Shown here: one piece after another, positions 1 through 10,290 of the stretch
How the letters are laid out: the number at the start of each line of letters is the position of its first letter
How positions within the stretch are numbered: the stretch's first letter is position 1
Assembly: GCA_017625065.1 (NCBI GenBank)
Contig: JAGALS010000059.1
Location: forward strand, 24,696-88,695
Direction of reading: 5' to 3'
DNA: 64,000 bases
Source of the DNA: Clostridia bacterium
GTDB lineage: Bacteria; Bacillota; Clostridia; Oscillospirales; CAG-272
Translations under genes and position numbers: made by a program
The notes under the pieces: generated by a model
Seen by the model: the letters and a program-made list of their open reading frames with translations, nothing else
Database searches by the model: none
Told to the model about the DNA's origin: nothing

Positions 1-389
1 TGTCCTTTTTGACCAGCTTTGATCTGTATGACGTGAAGCAACCAAATATCCAGCTTTACGGCACGAAGGGCAACCTCTACGTGCCCGATCCGAATTGCTT
101 TGGTGCGCAAAAGGGAATGAAATTCCTGAACGGCGAGACAAAACAGGAGGAGGAGATCGCCCTTGCGTTTGATTACAGCGAAAATTCCCGTTGCCTCGGC
201 CTTGCAGATCTTGCCGCGGCGATCGAGCAAAAAAGAGCGCCACGTACCTCGTATTTGCAGACCTATCACGTGCTTGAGGTGATGACGGGCGTGATGAAGA
301 GCGCCGAAACGGGCAAGCCTTATGAGATGACCACCCACTTCGAGCGCGAAGCGCCCATGGACTCCACGCTTCCTCACGGCACACTGTAA
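1..389 (+). CDS. Gfo/Idh/MocA-family oxidoreductase, C-terminal fragment (5' end outside window)
   Basis: The ORF is open to the window edge. The C-terminal sequence resembles this family by recall, and a hairpin terminator follows. Confidence 0.5.
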   Translation, partial: SFLTSFDLYDVKQPNIQLYGTKGNLYVPDPNCFGAQKGMKFLNGETKQEEEIALAFDYSENSRCLGLADLAAAIEQKRAPRTSYLQTYHVLEVMTGVMKSAETGKPYEMTTHFEREAPMDSTLPHGTL

Positions 390-432
390 TCAAGCAAACG
401 AGCTTGGGCGTATTGTGCGAATCCATTCAAAC

Positions 433-466
433 AAAAAATCGACAAGCATCTGCTTGTCGATTTTTT
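433..466. terminator. Bidirectional intrinsic terminator between convergent genes
   Basis: AAAAAATC-GACAAGC-atct-GCTTGTC-GATTTTTT hairpin with an A-run before and a T-run after. Confidence 0.7.
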
Positions 467-499
467 GTTTGGCAAAGGATTTTGCGCCTCGTTTCGATG

Positions 500-3226
500 T
501 TAAAGCGTGACCGCCCTGCCGTTCCAAAGCTTGACGGTGATACCGTCAGCCGAGCCGTCCTTGCAGGTCAGGCGCACCGTCTTTTCCTCGCCCGCCTTCA
601 GCATAAAGAAGTTGTCGCTAAGGAAGAATCGCTTTGCATCGTCCGTCATATCCAAGGTTACGGGGAAGGCGGGGACGCTCGAAAGATTTTTGACGCGAAC
701 GTCCGCATATTGATACGTGCCGTCTGTTCCGCTGCTCACCACGGCTGCCTCGATCGTTGCTTGCTGCGCCGAAACGATGCTGGGCTTGAGCCAAGGACCG
801 TTATCAAAACGTAGATTTTGATTTGGCAAGCGCCGATGCTGCGCGTAAAGCTCAGCATCATTGAACAAAGAGGTGCATTTGTTGAAATAGACCGATCGTG
901 CTACCGTCTCGGTGCCTCTTGACAGGTCCGCGCACACAAGGAAGCAGGTGTCGGTAAAGCTATCGTCAAGCGTGAAGGAGCCGAAATCGACGGTCTCGCT
1001 GTAATCGCAGGAATATTCCGCAAAGACGCTGAGATCGGGACGGTACACCGTCAGCGTGATCTTCGTGTCCGAAAGGTCTTCTCCGTTCTGGTTGAAAACC
1101 GTTACACAAAGGGGCATCGTTTCTCTCGGCGCCAATATCGACCAAGACTGCTGCCAGAAAATGTTGATCGGTCGATACGCGTTCTGGACCGAATAGTAGC
1201 AAAGCGTCGGCAGATCGTTTCCGTCCACCGTCTGGATCGCCGCCGTCGTCCACGGACGCTTGAACACCCACGGCATAATGCCGCCGCAGCGTGGGAAATT
1301 GGCGCGGATCGCCTGGATCATCAGCTGATAATATTCATACGTCTGTACGTGCGATGCCTCGCAAAGATCCTCTAACGTGATCTGTTTCATATCGACGATC
1401 TGTGATATTCTTGCGGTCATACGCGGCACACTCCAAGGAGCGTATTCAGAAAAGTGATTGAGGAGATCGGGATAATTTTGCGAAAATGCCTCGCTGGATA
1501 GGTCGGGCAGCAGATCGACTGCTTCCTTTTCGCTGATCAGCTTTTTGATGCTTTTGAAGTTGGGGAAGCTGTGGATGCCCGATTCGCCAAGGAAGGGGAG
1601 CTGACGGTAAAGATATTGGTACCACGCGGGCTCCATGTCATTATAGACGTGCGCACTGCCGCGGTCGGGGGTCGTGTAATGGAAGATGCGGTCAGGTGCC
1701 AATGTGCGGGCGGTGCGATCCATAATGAACATAGCCGCCGCGTTCTTTTGCGCGTAGGGGTTGAACTCGTTTCCACCGCACAGTAAAACCAGCGAGGGGT
1801 GATTGCGCAGACGGTACAGATTGTATGCGGTCTGCGATTCCAGCACCGGCTGCGGAAAGCTTGGCACGGTCGCGTTGGCGATGAAAAGATCCTGCCAGAC
1901 CATCAAGCCGAGTCGGTCGCAGATCTCGTAAAAGGCATCGGCTTCGGGCATACCGCCGCCGTTCCACACGCGGATCAGCTGCACACCTTGATTTTTTACC
2001 ATACGAAGGCACCATTCATAGCGCTCGGGGGTGATGTCGTAAAGATAGTCTATGGGCATCCAGTTCATACCCTTTACAAAGATCTCCTTGCCGTTGACCG
2101 AGAACAGAAACTTCTCCCACTGTGTGCGATATTTGTTTCCTGCCGTATAATCGGAGGTGAAGGTGCGAACGCCAAATTTGAAGCAATGCTCGTCGCACAC
2201 CTTTCCTTCATAGGAAAGCGTGACCTTAACGTCGTAAAGATGCGGCTCACCAAGGCCGCTTGGATACCAGAGCTTTGGATTTTGGATCTCGATCTTTTTG
2301 CGATAAAATTGAAGCTCGAAAAAGCTTGGGTTCATGCCCATACGGTCATAGTTACATAATGCAACGGCCTCGTCGCTTTCGTATGCCACCCCGTCTTCAT
2401 CCGATATTTCAATGCGTATTTGAACAGACTCGTCTCTAACGCGCCCGGTCAGCCCATGATCGTAGGCGTTATTGTATTGGATGGTTTCGTGATGTGTTCC
2501 AAAAAAGGGGGAAAGCTCCTTGACTCTTCCATCGGCGATCTCGGTCTCAAACATCAGCGTTGCAGAAGTGTCTTTGATGCCTTCGGTATAGAGATAAGAA
2601 CGGCTGATATGCATCCTTGGCACAAGCTCAAGGCGCACACGGTTCCAAAGACCGATCACGGCAAAATGGCCGTTGCTTGTTTGCACGTCGCGCATGATGT
2701 TCCAGGGAACGATCTCGGCAACGTTTCTTTTTTTGGGTCCCCAAACCTTATATTTTTCTTTTTGTTCAAAGGTGCATGCCTTGACTTCAACGACGATCTC
2801 GTTTTCTCCGTTCAAGTCAAGATGATCGATAATATCGCACACGGGTCCGCCAAACATGCCCTCGTGATCGCCGATCAGTACTCCGTTGATCCAAAGCCTT
2901 GCATAGTAAGAAACTCCTTCAAAGCAAAGGAAGGCGTTGCCCTTGAAATCGGGGGCGGAAAGCACAAATCGCTTGCGGTAATACCATACCTTTTCGTCTA
3001 CCCAATCGTATAACTTGCTATTGGTCCCGTGGTAAGGATCGGGCAGGAGCCCTGCGTGATAAAGCGAGTAATAGATGCTTGACGGGATCTCGGTCGTGTG
3101 CTCAAAGCGCAGCTTTTTGACATCCTCCAATGCGGCGTCCTTGTAGCAGAATTCCCACTCACCGTCAAGTGCGATGTGAGATTGATTGTGTCTTTTGTCA
3201 ATGTAATAAGGCTGATTTAAGATCAT
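500..3226 (-). CDS. Glycoside hydrolase family 2 (beta-mannosidase/beta-galactosidase-like)
   Basis: 908-aa ORF. It has the GH2-like sugar-binding segment WINGVLIGDHEGMFGG and the acid/base region LLCGGNEFNP. It is the last gene of a tightly packed minus-strand operon. Confidence 0.8.
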   Translation of the reverse strand: MILNQPYYIDKRHNQSHIALDGEWEFCYKDAALEDVKKLRFEHTTEIPSSIYYSLYHAGLLPDPYHGTNSKLYDWVDEKVWYYRKRFVLSAPDFKGNAFLCFEGVSYYARLWINGVLIGDHEGMFGGPVCDIIDHLDLNGENEIVVEVKACTFEQKEKYKVWGPKKRNVAEIVPWNIMRDVQTSNGHFAVIGLWNRVRLELVPRMHISRSYLYTEGIKDTSATLMFETEIADGRVKELSPFFGTHHETIQYNNAYDHGLTGRVRDESVQIRIEISDEDGVAYESDEAVALCNYDRMGMNPSFFELQFYRKKIEIQNPKLWYPSGLGEPHLYDVKVTLSYEGKVCDEHCFKFGVRTFTSDYTAGNKYRTQWEKFLFSVNGKEIFVKGMNWMPIDYLYDITPERYEWCLRMVKNQGVQLIRVWNGGGMPEADAFYEICDRLGLMVWQDLFIANATVPSFPQPVLESQTAYNLYRLRNHPSLVLLCGGNEFNPYAQKNAAAMFIMDRTARTLAPDRIFHYTTPDRGSAHVYNDMEPAWYQYLYRQLPFLGESGIHSFPNFKSIKKLISEKEAVDLLPDLSSEAFSQNYPDLLNHFSEYAPWSVPRMTARISQIVDMKQITLEDLCEASHVQTYEYYQLMIQAIRANFPRCGGIMPWVFKRPWTTAAIQTVDGNDLPTLCYYSVQNAYRPINIFWQQSWSILAPRETMPLCVTVFNQNGEDLSDTKITLTVYRPDLSVFAEYSCDYSETVDFGSFTLDDSFTDTCFLVCADLSRGTETVARSVYFNKCTSLFNDAELYAQHRRLPNQNLRFDNGPWLKPSIVSAQQATIEAAVVSSGTDGTYQYADVRVKNLSSVPAFPVTLDMTDDAKRFFLSDNFFMLKAGEEKTVRLTCKDGSADGITVKLWNGRAVTL

Positions 3227-3244
3227 ATTTTTGTCCTTCGAAGA

Positions 3245-4252
3245 TTATATTTCAATGGCACAAAGCGGCGCGTCCATCTCAATGCTGTAAAGGTATTCGG
3301 GAATAGCGCTTTCGCTTATTTTGAAGAAGGCAACATTGTTGCCGAATTGGTTGGTGCAAGCGGCAAAGCGCCCACCGCCAAGCAGGGTAAAATCTCTTGG
3401 CTCAACGCCCTTGCAATCGGTGTGGGCGAGAATGGTAAGCCTTTCTCCTTCTGCTTTTAATGTTACAATGGTTGCCGATGCGCGCTCGGTGGCATACAGA
3501 TAAGCACCGTCCCCCGAGAGCTTGATCGCAGCGCCCGCGCCGATCCCGTCGTGGCTTTCGGGTAAGATCGAGACCGTGTTCAAAAGCGTCAGATGTGGCG
3601 CATCCCAGGAAAAGACACTGATGCTGCCGCCCATTTCGTTGATGCAGTAAAGGTATTTTCCGTCCTTTGAAAAAACAGCGTGTCTTGCGCCCGCGCCGTC
3701 GGGAACACGCGCACGGGAGACCTCATTTAGTTCACGGTCGTAAACAAAGATCGTATCTATGCCAAGGTCGCAGCACAAAACAAACCGCTTATCGGGCGAG
3801 AACAGGACGCAGTGCGTATGGGGCGAGAGCTGGCGCTTTGGGTCTACACCTTGCCCCGTGTGTACGGAGAGCCGATCGGGGGATAAAAAGACGCTGCCGC
3901 TGACATAGTTGGGGCAGTAAACGTCGTTGCCGTCAACGGCGATGTGGCAGGAGACCACACCCTTGGTGGAAAGGATTTCGGTTACCCGTTCGCCGCTTTT
4001 CGTGTCATAAGCGGCAATGCCGCTTTCTTCGCTTTCCGCAAAGGGCGCGCGAAGTGTTGCCCACAAAAGGTCATTTTCCATCTGTAAAAACATGGGGGAG
4101 GGCATGGGGATCTTTTGGATCTGCTCTGCCTTTCCGTCCTCGTATAAACGAAGCCGATACGCCCCGCCGTCGCTTGTGCAGCAGGCAACGTAAAAATCAC
4201 ACAGCGCCTTGCGCATCGTTTGGACAAAAAGGGGATTACTGTTGCGTTTCAT
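3245..4252 (-). CDS. Lactonase-family 7-bladed beta-propeller protein (6-phosphogluconolactonase-like)
   Basis: The ORF track gives 3245..4270. I prefer the ATG at 4252 because GGAGGAA lies 6 nt upstream. Repeated beta-propeller-like blades are recognised by recall. Confidence 0.7.
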   Translation of the reverse strand: MKRNSNPLFVQTMRKALCDFYVACCTSDGGAYRLRLYEDGKAEQIQKIPMPSPMFLQMENDLLWATLRAPFAESEESGIAAYDTKSGERVTEILSTKGVVSCHIAVDGNDVYCPNYVSGSVFLSPDRLSVHTGQGVDPKRQLSPHTHCVLFSPDKRFVLCCDLGIDTIFVYDRELNEVSRARVPDGAGARHAVFSKDGKYLYCINEMGGSISVFSWDAPHLTLLNTVSILPESHDGIGAGAAIKLSGDGAYLYATERASATIVTLKAEGERLTILAHTDCKGVEPRDFTLLGGGRFAACTNQFGNNVAFFKISESAIPEYLYSIEMDAPLCAIEI

Positions 4253-4272
4253 AACTTGTTCCTCCATCAATG

Positions 4273-4911
4273 TTACATACCTGTAGCATCGCTTTTCTTG
4301 TCGAACAGCGCGTTATAATCCAGCGCTTTTGCCTTGATGCTAAGGGACTGCTCAATGCATCGGATCACTTGATTTGTGATCACTCTTGTACCGTCCTTGG
4401 TGTAATAGTGTGTCTGGTCGGAATGATACTTCATATGATCATCCTTCAGCAGCGCATACAGATCGTTGATGGCGCCCCCGTTTTTCAGCACGATCTCGCT
4501 TGCCGCTTGGTTGTAGAGCTCGGTCTCCGCGTTGGTTCTGTGGAACTTGTAGGTCTTAAAAAATTCTTCGTTGCAGGGGGTAGAGGTGGCAAAGACCATT
4601 TTTGCGCTCGGGAAAAGTATTTTGATCATATCGCAGATACGCGCAACGTTTTCCTTGTAGATGTCAAGCGGCGTGTGATGCTTGCCGTCGATCATGACCA
4701 AATTATCCCACAGCCCCGCATTCCAATGCACCAGATCCACGTCATCGCCGCAGTTCATTCCCTCTTTCCAATCGGGAATGCTTCTTAAAATGTACGACGT
4801 GAACCGACAATTTTCTTTTGGGTAGTAAATGCTTGCGACGCCGTCAAATGCCATTCTGACGTATTTGTCATAGCCCTGTCTGATGGAATCTCCGATTAAA
4901 ACGATTTTCAT
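4273..4911 (-). CDS. SGNH/GDSL-family hydrolase
   Basis: N-terminal MKIVLIGDSI block I motif (GDS); 212 aa. Confidence 0.8.
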   Translation of the reverse strand: MKIVLIGDSIRQGYDKYVRMAFDGVASIYYPKENCRFTSYILRSIPDWKEGMNCGDDVDLVHWNAGLWDNLVMIDGKHHTPLDIYKENVARICDMIKILFPSAKMVFATSTPCNEEFFKTYKFHRTNAETELYNQAASEIVLKNGGAINDLYALLKDDHMKYHSDQTHYYTKDGTRVITNQVIRCIEQSLSIKAKALDYNALFDKKSDATGM

Positions 4912-4922
4912 TTCTCTCTCCT

Positions 4923-5873
4923 TTACATGCGTTCGATACTGTCCAAAATGCCTTTGAGGTAACCGATCGCGAACAGCCTGCCCAGCGCGTCGTAGCCGGG
5001 GAGGGTAGAGTGCTCTCCCGCCAGCGTCGGCACGTGATCGACACGGATCGGCACGTTTACACCGTTTTCGATGTACGTCCTCATCAATTTTGCCATATCA
5101 AGATCTCCGTTGTCGTGAAAGGTCTCGCGGAAATGGTTCGGCACACCCGTTGTGTTGCGGAAATGGATCAGGTAGATCTTGTCGGCAAAATCCTTGATCG
5201 TTTGTTCCAGATCCTCACCCATGATATGGTAATTCGCCTGGCACATGGTAATGCCAAGGCTGTCGCTTGGCAGGATATCATATACCGCCTTTTTGATGTT
5301 TGCTTTGCTGATCATGATGCGTTCTACGTCTCCAAGACGCGGCACGGGCGGATCGTCGGGGTGAAGCGCCAGCTTGATGCCGTATTTCTCGGCTTCGGGG
5401 ATGACAGCTTTGATAAAATATTCGTAGTTCTGCCACAGTGTATTTGCCGTGATTTTGGCACCCGTTGGCTTAAAATCCGACATATTGAATTCTGTGACAT
5501 GAGCGCCCCCGCGCTCGGGGTAATTCGACGAGGTGCGCAGCCAGCCGATGTGCGCCATCCAATTAAAGCAAATCGTGTCGATGTGAAGCGAGCGCATGAT
5601 GGGGAACATTTTTATGACACGTTCGATGCTTTCATCGCGTTTTGCATCACCTGCTTTGATGTGATCGTGCACTTCGTTCGGCATGGGCTCGATCACCACG
5701 GGCGTGATGCCAAAATCAGTGAAGCGCTTGTATACCGTCTGCCAATGCGAGGCATCACTCAGATCAAAATCCCCATCCTCGGGCAGACGGATCACGCCGC
5801 TTGTAACACCGCATTGCTTGGCAATATCCCAAGTGGCGTCTCGCTCGCTTCGAAAGTAATCTGCAAGTATCAT
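4923..5873 (-). CDS. Mannonate dehydratase-like (UxuA family, xylose-isomerase-like TIM barrel)
   Basis: LHPDDPPVPRLG motif as in UxuA. The start is moved to the ATG at 5873, which forms an ATGA overlap with the upstream gene's stop. The longer track start would overlap the upstream CDS. Confidence 0.65.
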   Translation of the reverse strand: MILADYFRSERDATWDIAKQCGVTSGVIRLPEDGDFDLSDASHWQTVYKRFTDFGITPVVIEPMPNEVHDHIKAGDAKRDESIERVIKMFPIMRSLHIDTICFNWMAHIGWLRTSSNYPERGGAHVTEFNMSDFKPTGAKITANTLWQNYEYFIKAVIPEAEKYGIKLALHPDDPPVPRLGDVERIMISKANIKKAVYDILPSDSLGITMCQANYHIMGEDLEQTIKDFADKIYLIHFRNTTGVPNHFRETFHDNGDLDMAKLMRTYIENGVNVPIRVDHVPTLAGEHSTLPGYDALGRLFAIGYLKGILDSIERM

Positions 5874-8800
5874 AATTGTCCGTTTCCTTCCGTATCGTTG
5901 AGCATTTCTCTCGTGCACGCCGAGAATTCCTCGCTCATAGGTCCGCAAACACCGTTCGTATTAACGGCGCACACACGGTAATAGTAATAAGCGTGCTCTT
6001 TTAGCTCCGTATCCTCGTATCTGCCAACGACGTATTCCTCGGGCAGAACATCCGCGACAAAGGTGGCGTCACTTGGCTCAAAGCCTGCTTGCTCGCTTCT
6101 GTACAGCTTGTAATGGGAAAGATCCTTTTCGACGTTTGCGCCCCAAAGCAGGTACAAATGTCCGGAATTCTCACCCGCGGCGGCGCGCGGTCTTGTGATC
6201 AGTCCCGTGTAGACCGAGCCGATGGAGGCAGGAGCGCCGTTTGTTGAAGCGGGTGTGATCGGCTCCCGCGTCTTAAGTCGCACGGCTTCTTTGCCAAGAC
6301 GGTACGTGATAAAGCCCTTTTTGGCAGGCGTACTCGTCGGTCGCTCGTCGACGGTGGCAGGCTCGGCATCAAGCGCGGCAAAATTTGCTTTATCGCTCTC
6401 TGTGTAAAATCTTGCGATCATACCGTTCCCGTCATCTGCACGCTTCAAGCAAACAAGGCGCAGATCGGGGTCAATGTCCATGAAGCTGTGCGCTCCCTCG
6501 GGCAGATCGCCGTCCTGTGCGGAGATGCTGACCGTTTTCACGGGATTGACAAAGCGCTCCGCCATTTGCGGGATGTTTGCCGCCTTGTACCCACCCTTGT
6601 AGGATGTGATCGAATAGCGGAAGCGGTAGTTCAGATGACTTCCGCCCGGTGTGTGCATTTGCAACCAGTCGTTTGCAACATAGGAGAAGATCTGTGAGCC
6701 CTCTCCCGCATTTCCAAAGTCGGTCTTGTCGGCATGGATGTGATCGAATTCGGTCATATGCGTGTCCCGCATCATCAGCGCCACGCCGAATGTATCGTTT
6801 TCGGAGCAGCACCATTCGTTGACCGCCATATACACGTCGGTGCCGTGTCCCGTTACGTCCTTGGCGTATTCGGCGACCGCGCCGTTGAGGTGGCAAAAGC
6901 GTCGGCAATTTTCCACTTGGAAGGGGAATGCGTAATACAGATATCGGTAATAGCGATTGCAGTTGATCATGTCACTGACGTGGTGCAATTGATCGTCGAT
7001 ATCAATGCGCTTTTCATAATGTGGTAACGTCACATCTTGCACGATCTCCGCCCCCAACTCCGATAGAGACGTTCGGCTTCTTACGCAGGTGTATTCCTTT
7101 TCATAGCACACCTCAAATTCTGCCGCCGAAGGAACGCTAAAGGAGCTGTGATTATCCCGTGTGTAGACGGGCTCGTTGGCGCGGTAGGTGTTTTCAAGAT
7201 CAAGAAGCTCCTTGTCAAGCTCCTTATCATAGATAGAGCATATAGAGCCGTTCTCGCAAAATTGAATTTTGTAATAGGAATTTTCGATCGTGGGGGGCGT
7301 GCTTGTGTGCTGATACACTGAGCTCAACGGGGCAAAATTGCGCTTCGGGATCGAGGCGTATCCAAAAGAGGGGATCTTCACAAGCGCGTATTCGCTTCCG
7401 CTGTCGGATACGACAAGCTCGGTTCGCTGCTGTGCCGTGGGATTGAAAATGGCGAAGCGATCCTCGCTTGCCTTTATGTGTGAGGCGATCGTCTGCAAGG
7501 CAAGCTTGCTCTCGACCTCGGCTGTCTCGGTGGCTTTTTCGATCCAATCGCGGTGCTGCATCCACGTCTCGTAGACTCTTCTGCCGCTGTAGCCGCTGGT
7601 GCCGTATGAATGCTCGTCATTGAAAAGCAGGTGATCCCAAGCCCGACGGAAATCGGTAGCGGGATACGCGTAATCCTTGTCGATCGTTCCCGCAACCGTT
7701 GCCCATTTTTCCGCGTTGGGCAACGCTCTGTCCGCATCAAATTTTTGCGCGATCAGCTCGGGAACGGTAAGCGGATGCTGGTACCAGCCGCCCGTGATAT
7801 CTCCCTTTAATACGGGGATCTGATCGCCAAAGCGCTCTCTCAGTAAGCGGAACGGCTCGTTGGGATCTCCCAGTGTGCGAACCTGCGGGAATTTCCATTT
7901 TTTGTTCCAATCTCGGATCTGGTCGGTCAGGTACAGATTGGGTTCCTGATCATCCCCATAGCAGACAAGCACCCAGAGGTCATACGGAACCTTACGCTCA
8001 AGCAATTCCAAGCGTTTCCAGATTTGATCCTCGATCTCGGAAACGACCAGATCCCTATCCTGTAGCTTAAATGGGCGGTAGCCTATTCTGTGATAAAATC
8101 CGAACGCCTCGACATAATGGGAGCATCCCCAAACGGTCAGCCGTTCTCCCGATTTGCTTTCCCAATCAAACACCATGGGAAGAGAGGATTCCAATCGAAG
8201 GTCAATTCTTGAGCCACCGCCGCCTGCGCCTGTGTGCCAAATATATCTATGCTTGGTCCGATCATAGCTCCACACCGTGGAGGGAAGGGGGTTCCATTGG
8301 TTGGGCGCAAATATGATGTTTTTGTATCCCGCGTTGGCATACGCCTGTACCATCGACCAAGGCAAGCCGTTGTTGTCGATCATGGCAAGCGTTTCGCTTT
8401 CGATGTCCCAATGCTCCTTCAACAGCCGCTTTTCATAAGTGCTTCGGCACATTTGCTCCAAGCCGTAGGTTTGGATATGGTTTCCCGCAATGCCTGTGCA
8501 CATGCCGATCTTCTTTGTTTTGATATAGTCCTTCACAATACGGTCAGCCGCTTCTTTTCCGCGATCCATACCGTAGTTGTTCCAAAACCACGTTCCCTCC
8601 ATGGTATAGCGGTAGCGGTCGTTTTCCTCTCTGTCCTTTGTCTCGTCACAAAGCTCGGCGGCGCTATCGATAAATTGTGAGGTGTTATGGCGTTGGATAT
8701 ATTGGGAATTGTGCAATCCGATATCGGTGTGGGAGGAGACCATGATGTATAACGTCCACTCTCTCGGCTGCTTCCAGGGAGCCTCGGCTTGGATCAAAAT

Positions 8801-9052
8801 GTTTCCCGCCCGATCGGAGATCTGCCAGATGGCATCAAAGGATTCCGATTGAAGGGGCAGCATCACGCTGACCGAGCCCAGCCCACCGCTTAGGGCAAGC
8901 GGATGGTTTTCGACGATCGCGTCTGCTCCTTTGTAAACCGACAAGAACAGATGTGCCGTGGCACTGCATTCATATTGCAATACGATCTTTTGCAGATCCT
9001 CCTTGGAGACCAAGGAGGTTGTACTCACCTTCAGGTTCGAGATCGAGATCAT
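5870..9052 (-). CDS. Large glycoside hydrolase, GH38-like (alpha-mannosidase family) with C-terminal Fn3-like domain
   Basis: 1060-aa ORF with an N-terminal SSHTDIGLHNSQY metal-site-like motif and a C-terminal HYKLYRS...YYYRVCAVNTNG Fn3-like segment. The family call is tentative. Confidence 0.55.
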   Translation of the reverse strand: MISISNLKVSTTSLVSKEDLQKIVLQYECSATAHLFLSVYKGADAIVENHPLALSGGLGSVSVMLPLQSESFDAIWQISDRAGNILIQAEAPWKQPREWTLYIMVSSHTDIGLHNSQYIQRHNTSQFIDSAAELCDETKDREENDRYRYTMEGTWFWNNYGMDRGKEAADRIVKDYIKTKKIGMCTGIAGNHIQTYGLEQMCRSTYEKRLLKEHWDIESETLAMIDNNGLPWSMVQAYANAGYKNIIFAPNQWNPLPSTVWSYDRTKHRYIWHTGAGGGGSRIDLRLESSLPMVFDWESKSGERLTVWGCSHYVEAFGFYHRIGYRPFKLQDRDLVVSEIEDQIWKRLELLERKVPYDLWVLVCYGDDQEPNLYLTDQIRDWNKKWKFPQVRTLGDPNEPFRLLRERFGDQIPVLKGDITGGWYQHPLTVPELIAQKFDADRALPNAEKWATVAGTIDKDYAYPATDFRRAWDHLLFNDEHSYGTSGYSGRRVYETWMQHRDWIEKATETAEVESKLALQTIASHIKASEDRFAIFNPTAQQRTELVVSDSGSEYALVKIPSFGYASIPKRNFAPLSSVYQHTSTPPTIENSYYKIQFCENGSICSIYDKELDKELLDLENTYRANEPVYTRDNHSSFSVPSAAEFEVCYEKEYTCVRSRTSLSELGAEIVQDVTLPHYEKRIDIDDQLHHVSDMINCNRYYRYLYYAFPFQVENCRRFCHLNGAVAEYAKDVTGHGTDVYMAVNEWCCSENDTFGVALMMRDTHMTEFDHIHADKTDFGNAGEGSQIFSYVANDWLQMHTPGGSHLNYRFRYSITSYKGGYKAANIPQMAERFVNPVKTVSISAQDGDLPEGAHSFMDIDPDLRLVCLKRADDGNGMIARFYTESDKANFAALDAEPATVDERPTSTPAKKGFITYRLGKEAVRLKTREPITPASTNGAPASIGSVYTGLITRPRAAAGENSGHLYLLWGANVEKDLSHYKLYRSEQAGFEPSDATFVADVLPEEYVVGRYEDTELKEHAYYYYRVCAVNTNGVCGPMSEEFSACTREMLNDTEGNGQL

Positions 9053-9150
9053 GTAAATTCCTCCTGTTATTTAAATCGCTATCATCATTATAACAAAAAG
9101 CACCAAGAAAAAAACCCATAGCGCAACATAAAAAGTTTGTTATCTGACAC

Positions 9151-9179
9151 TTGACAAGAGGGAGGTGCTTTGGTATAAT
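9151..9179 (+). promoter_or_regulatory. Sigma-70-type promoter for the AraC regulator
   Basis: TTGACA (9151-9156), 17-nt spacer, TATAAT (9174-9179). Confidence 0.6.
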
Positions 9180-9210
9180 GGCGATAAAAGAGGCAAAGGA
9201 GGGGGATGCC

Positions 9211-9963
9211 GTGATCCCTCAAATATCAATTGTAGATATCATTCAATTAAAAAGAGAGCGTTTTTCCTGCAAGACCGAAAATAAGTCCTGTTACGTGCTT
9301 GCTTGCAGGATCGAAGGCGAAGGTTTGTTTTTTTACAATAACGAAGAGCGCCTTGTAAAAAGGGGAGATGTTTTATATATTCCGAAGAGTTCTTCTTATT
9401 TTCAAACGTGCGAGAGGGAAACGATCATCTGCTTTCATCTGAATATGTTAGGACAGCTATCCCCCGACATAGAGGTCTTTTCGACAAAGGACGCAGAAAG
9501 GATATGCGAGCTGTTTGTGAGAGCGGAGCAGCTGTGGAGGCAGCGACCGACCAATTACGAATTTATGTGTATGTCGATCCTTTACGAGATCGTTTCCAAT
9601 ATTCGCATCTGCACAAAGGCGCAGCCACGGCGTTCTGCCACATTATTGAAGCCCGCGATGAAGTATTTGAACGCAAATCTTTTTGACGCGGAGCTATCGC
9701 TGGAGGAAGCATGTCGGGCGGCGCACATCAGCCGAACCTATTTTAATAAGCTGTTTTATCAGGTGTACGGTCAGACCCCCACGCTATATGTCAATCGTCA
9801 GCGCATTGAACGTGCCAAACAGCTTTTGCTCAGCGGCAGCTGCTATAATGAGGAGATCGCCCATCTTTGCGGCTTTAAGGATGTCAAATATTTTTACGTC
9901 CTCTTTAAAAAAATGACAGGTAAGACCACAAAGGAATATAAAAAGGAATTTGAAAATCTTTAA
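9211..9963 (+). CDS. AraC-family transcriptional regulator
   Basis: C-terminal AraC HTH (ISRTYFNKLFYQVYGQTPTLYVNRQRIERAKQLL). The GTG at 9211 is preceded by AAGGAGGGGG. The track start at 9151 lies inside the predicted promoter. Confidence 0.8.
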   Translation: MIPQISIVDIIQLKRERFSCKTENKSCYVLACRIEGEGLFFYNNEERLVKRGDVLYIPKSSSYFQTCERETIICFHLNMLGQLSPDIEVFSTKDAERICELFVRAEQLWRQRPTNYEFMCMSILYEIVSNIRICTKAQPRRSATLLKPAMKYLNANLFDAELSLEEACRAAHISRTYFNKLFYQVYGQTPTLYVNRQRIERAKQLLLSGSCYNEEIAHLCGFKDVKYFYVLFKKMTGKTTKEYKKEFENL

Positions 9964-10032
9964 AAAAGTGGTTGATTGCAGGCAAATGAAAGCGTTATAT
10001 CGGCAAAAAGCAGTTAGTCACACAAGCAAAAT

Positions 10033-10066
10033 AAGAGGCACCGCGCAAGGCGGTGCCTCTTATTTT
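10033..10066 (+). terminator. Intrinsic terminator downstream of the AraC gene
   Basis: AAGAGGCACCGC-gcaag-GCGGTGCCTCTT followed by ATTTT. Confidence 0.75.
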
Positions 10067-10067
10067 G

Positions 10068-10085
10068 TGGTGCGGGTAAGAGGAC
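10068..10085. repeat. 18-bp duplicate of the tRNA-Leu 3' end (TGGTGCGGGTAAGAGGAC)
   Basis: Identical to 10291-10308. In both copies a terminator hairpin sits immediately before the repeat. Confidence 0.85.
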
Positions 10086-10290
10086 GCTTGCCCCACTTGC
10101 TGCGGCGATGCCGCAGACGCTTAAAGAATGCCTTGATGCCTGAACGGCATCATTTTGCAAGCAAAATCGGCATTCTTTTCTGCCGCCGCTTTATGCTGCA
10201 AACGTTCAACAATTGCTCGGGCGGCAGGGTTTTCGCCTTGGCATCCGGACCAAAACAAAAATGGCACCCAATTGGGTGCCATTTTTGTTT

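Noticed and set aside
5010-5981. 323-aa plus-strand ORF
   Set aside because: It is antisense to the UxuA-like gene, which sits inside a tightly packed minus-strand operon.
9151-9210. Longer AraC start (track start at 9151, or ATG at 9178)
   Set aside because: These codons coincide with a consensus TTGACA-17-TATAAT promoter. The GTG at 9211 has a strong RBS and lies downstream of the predicted transcription start.
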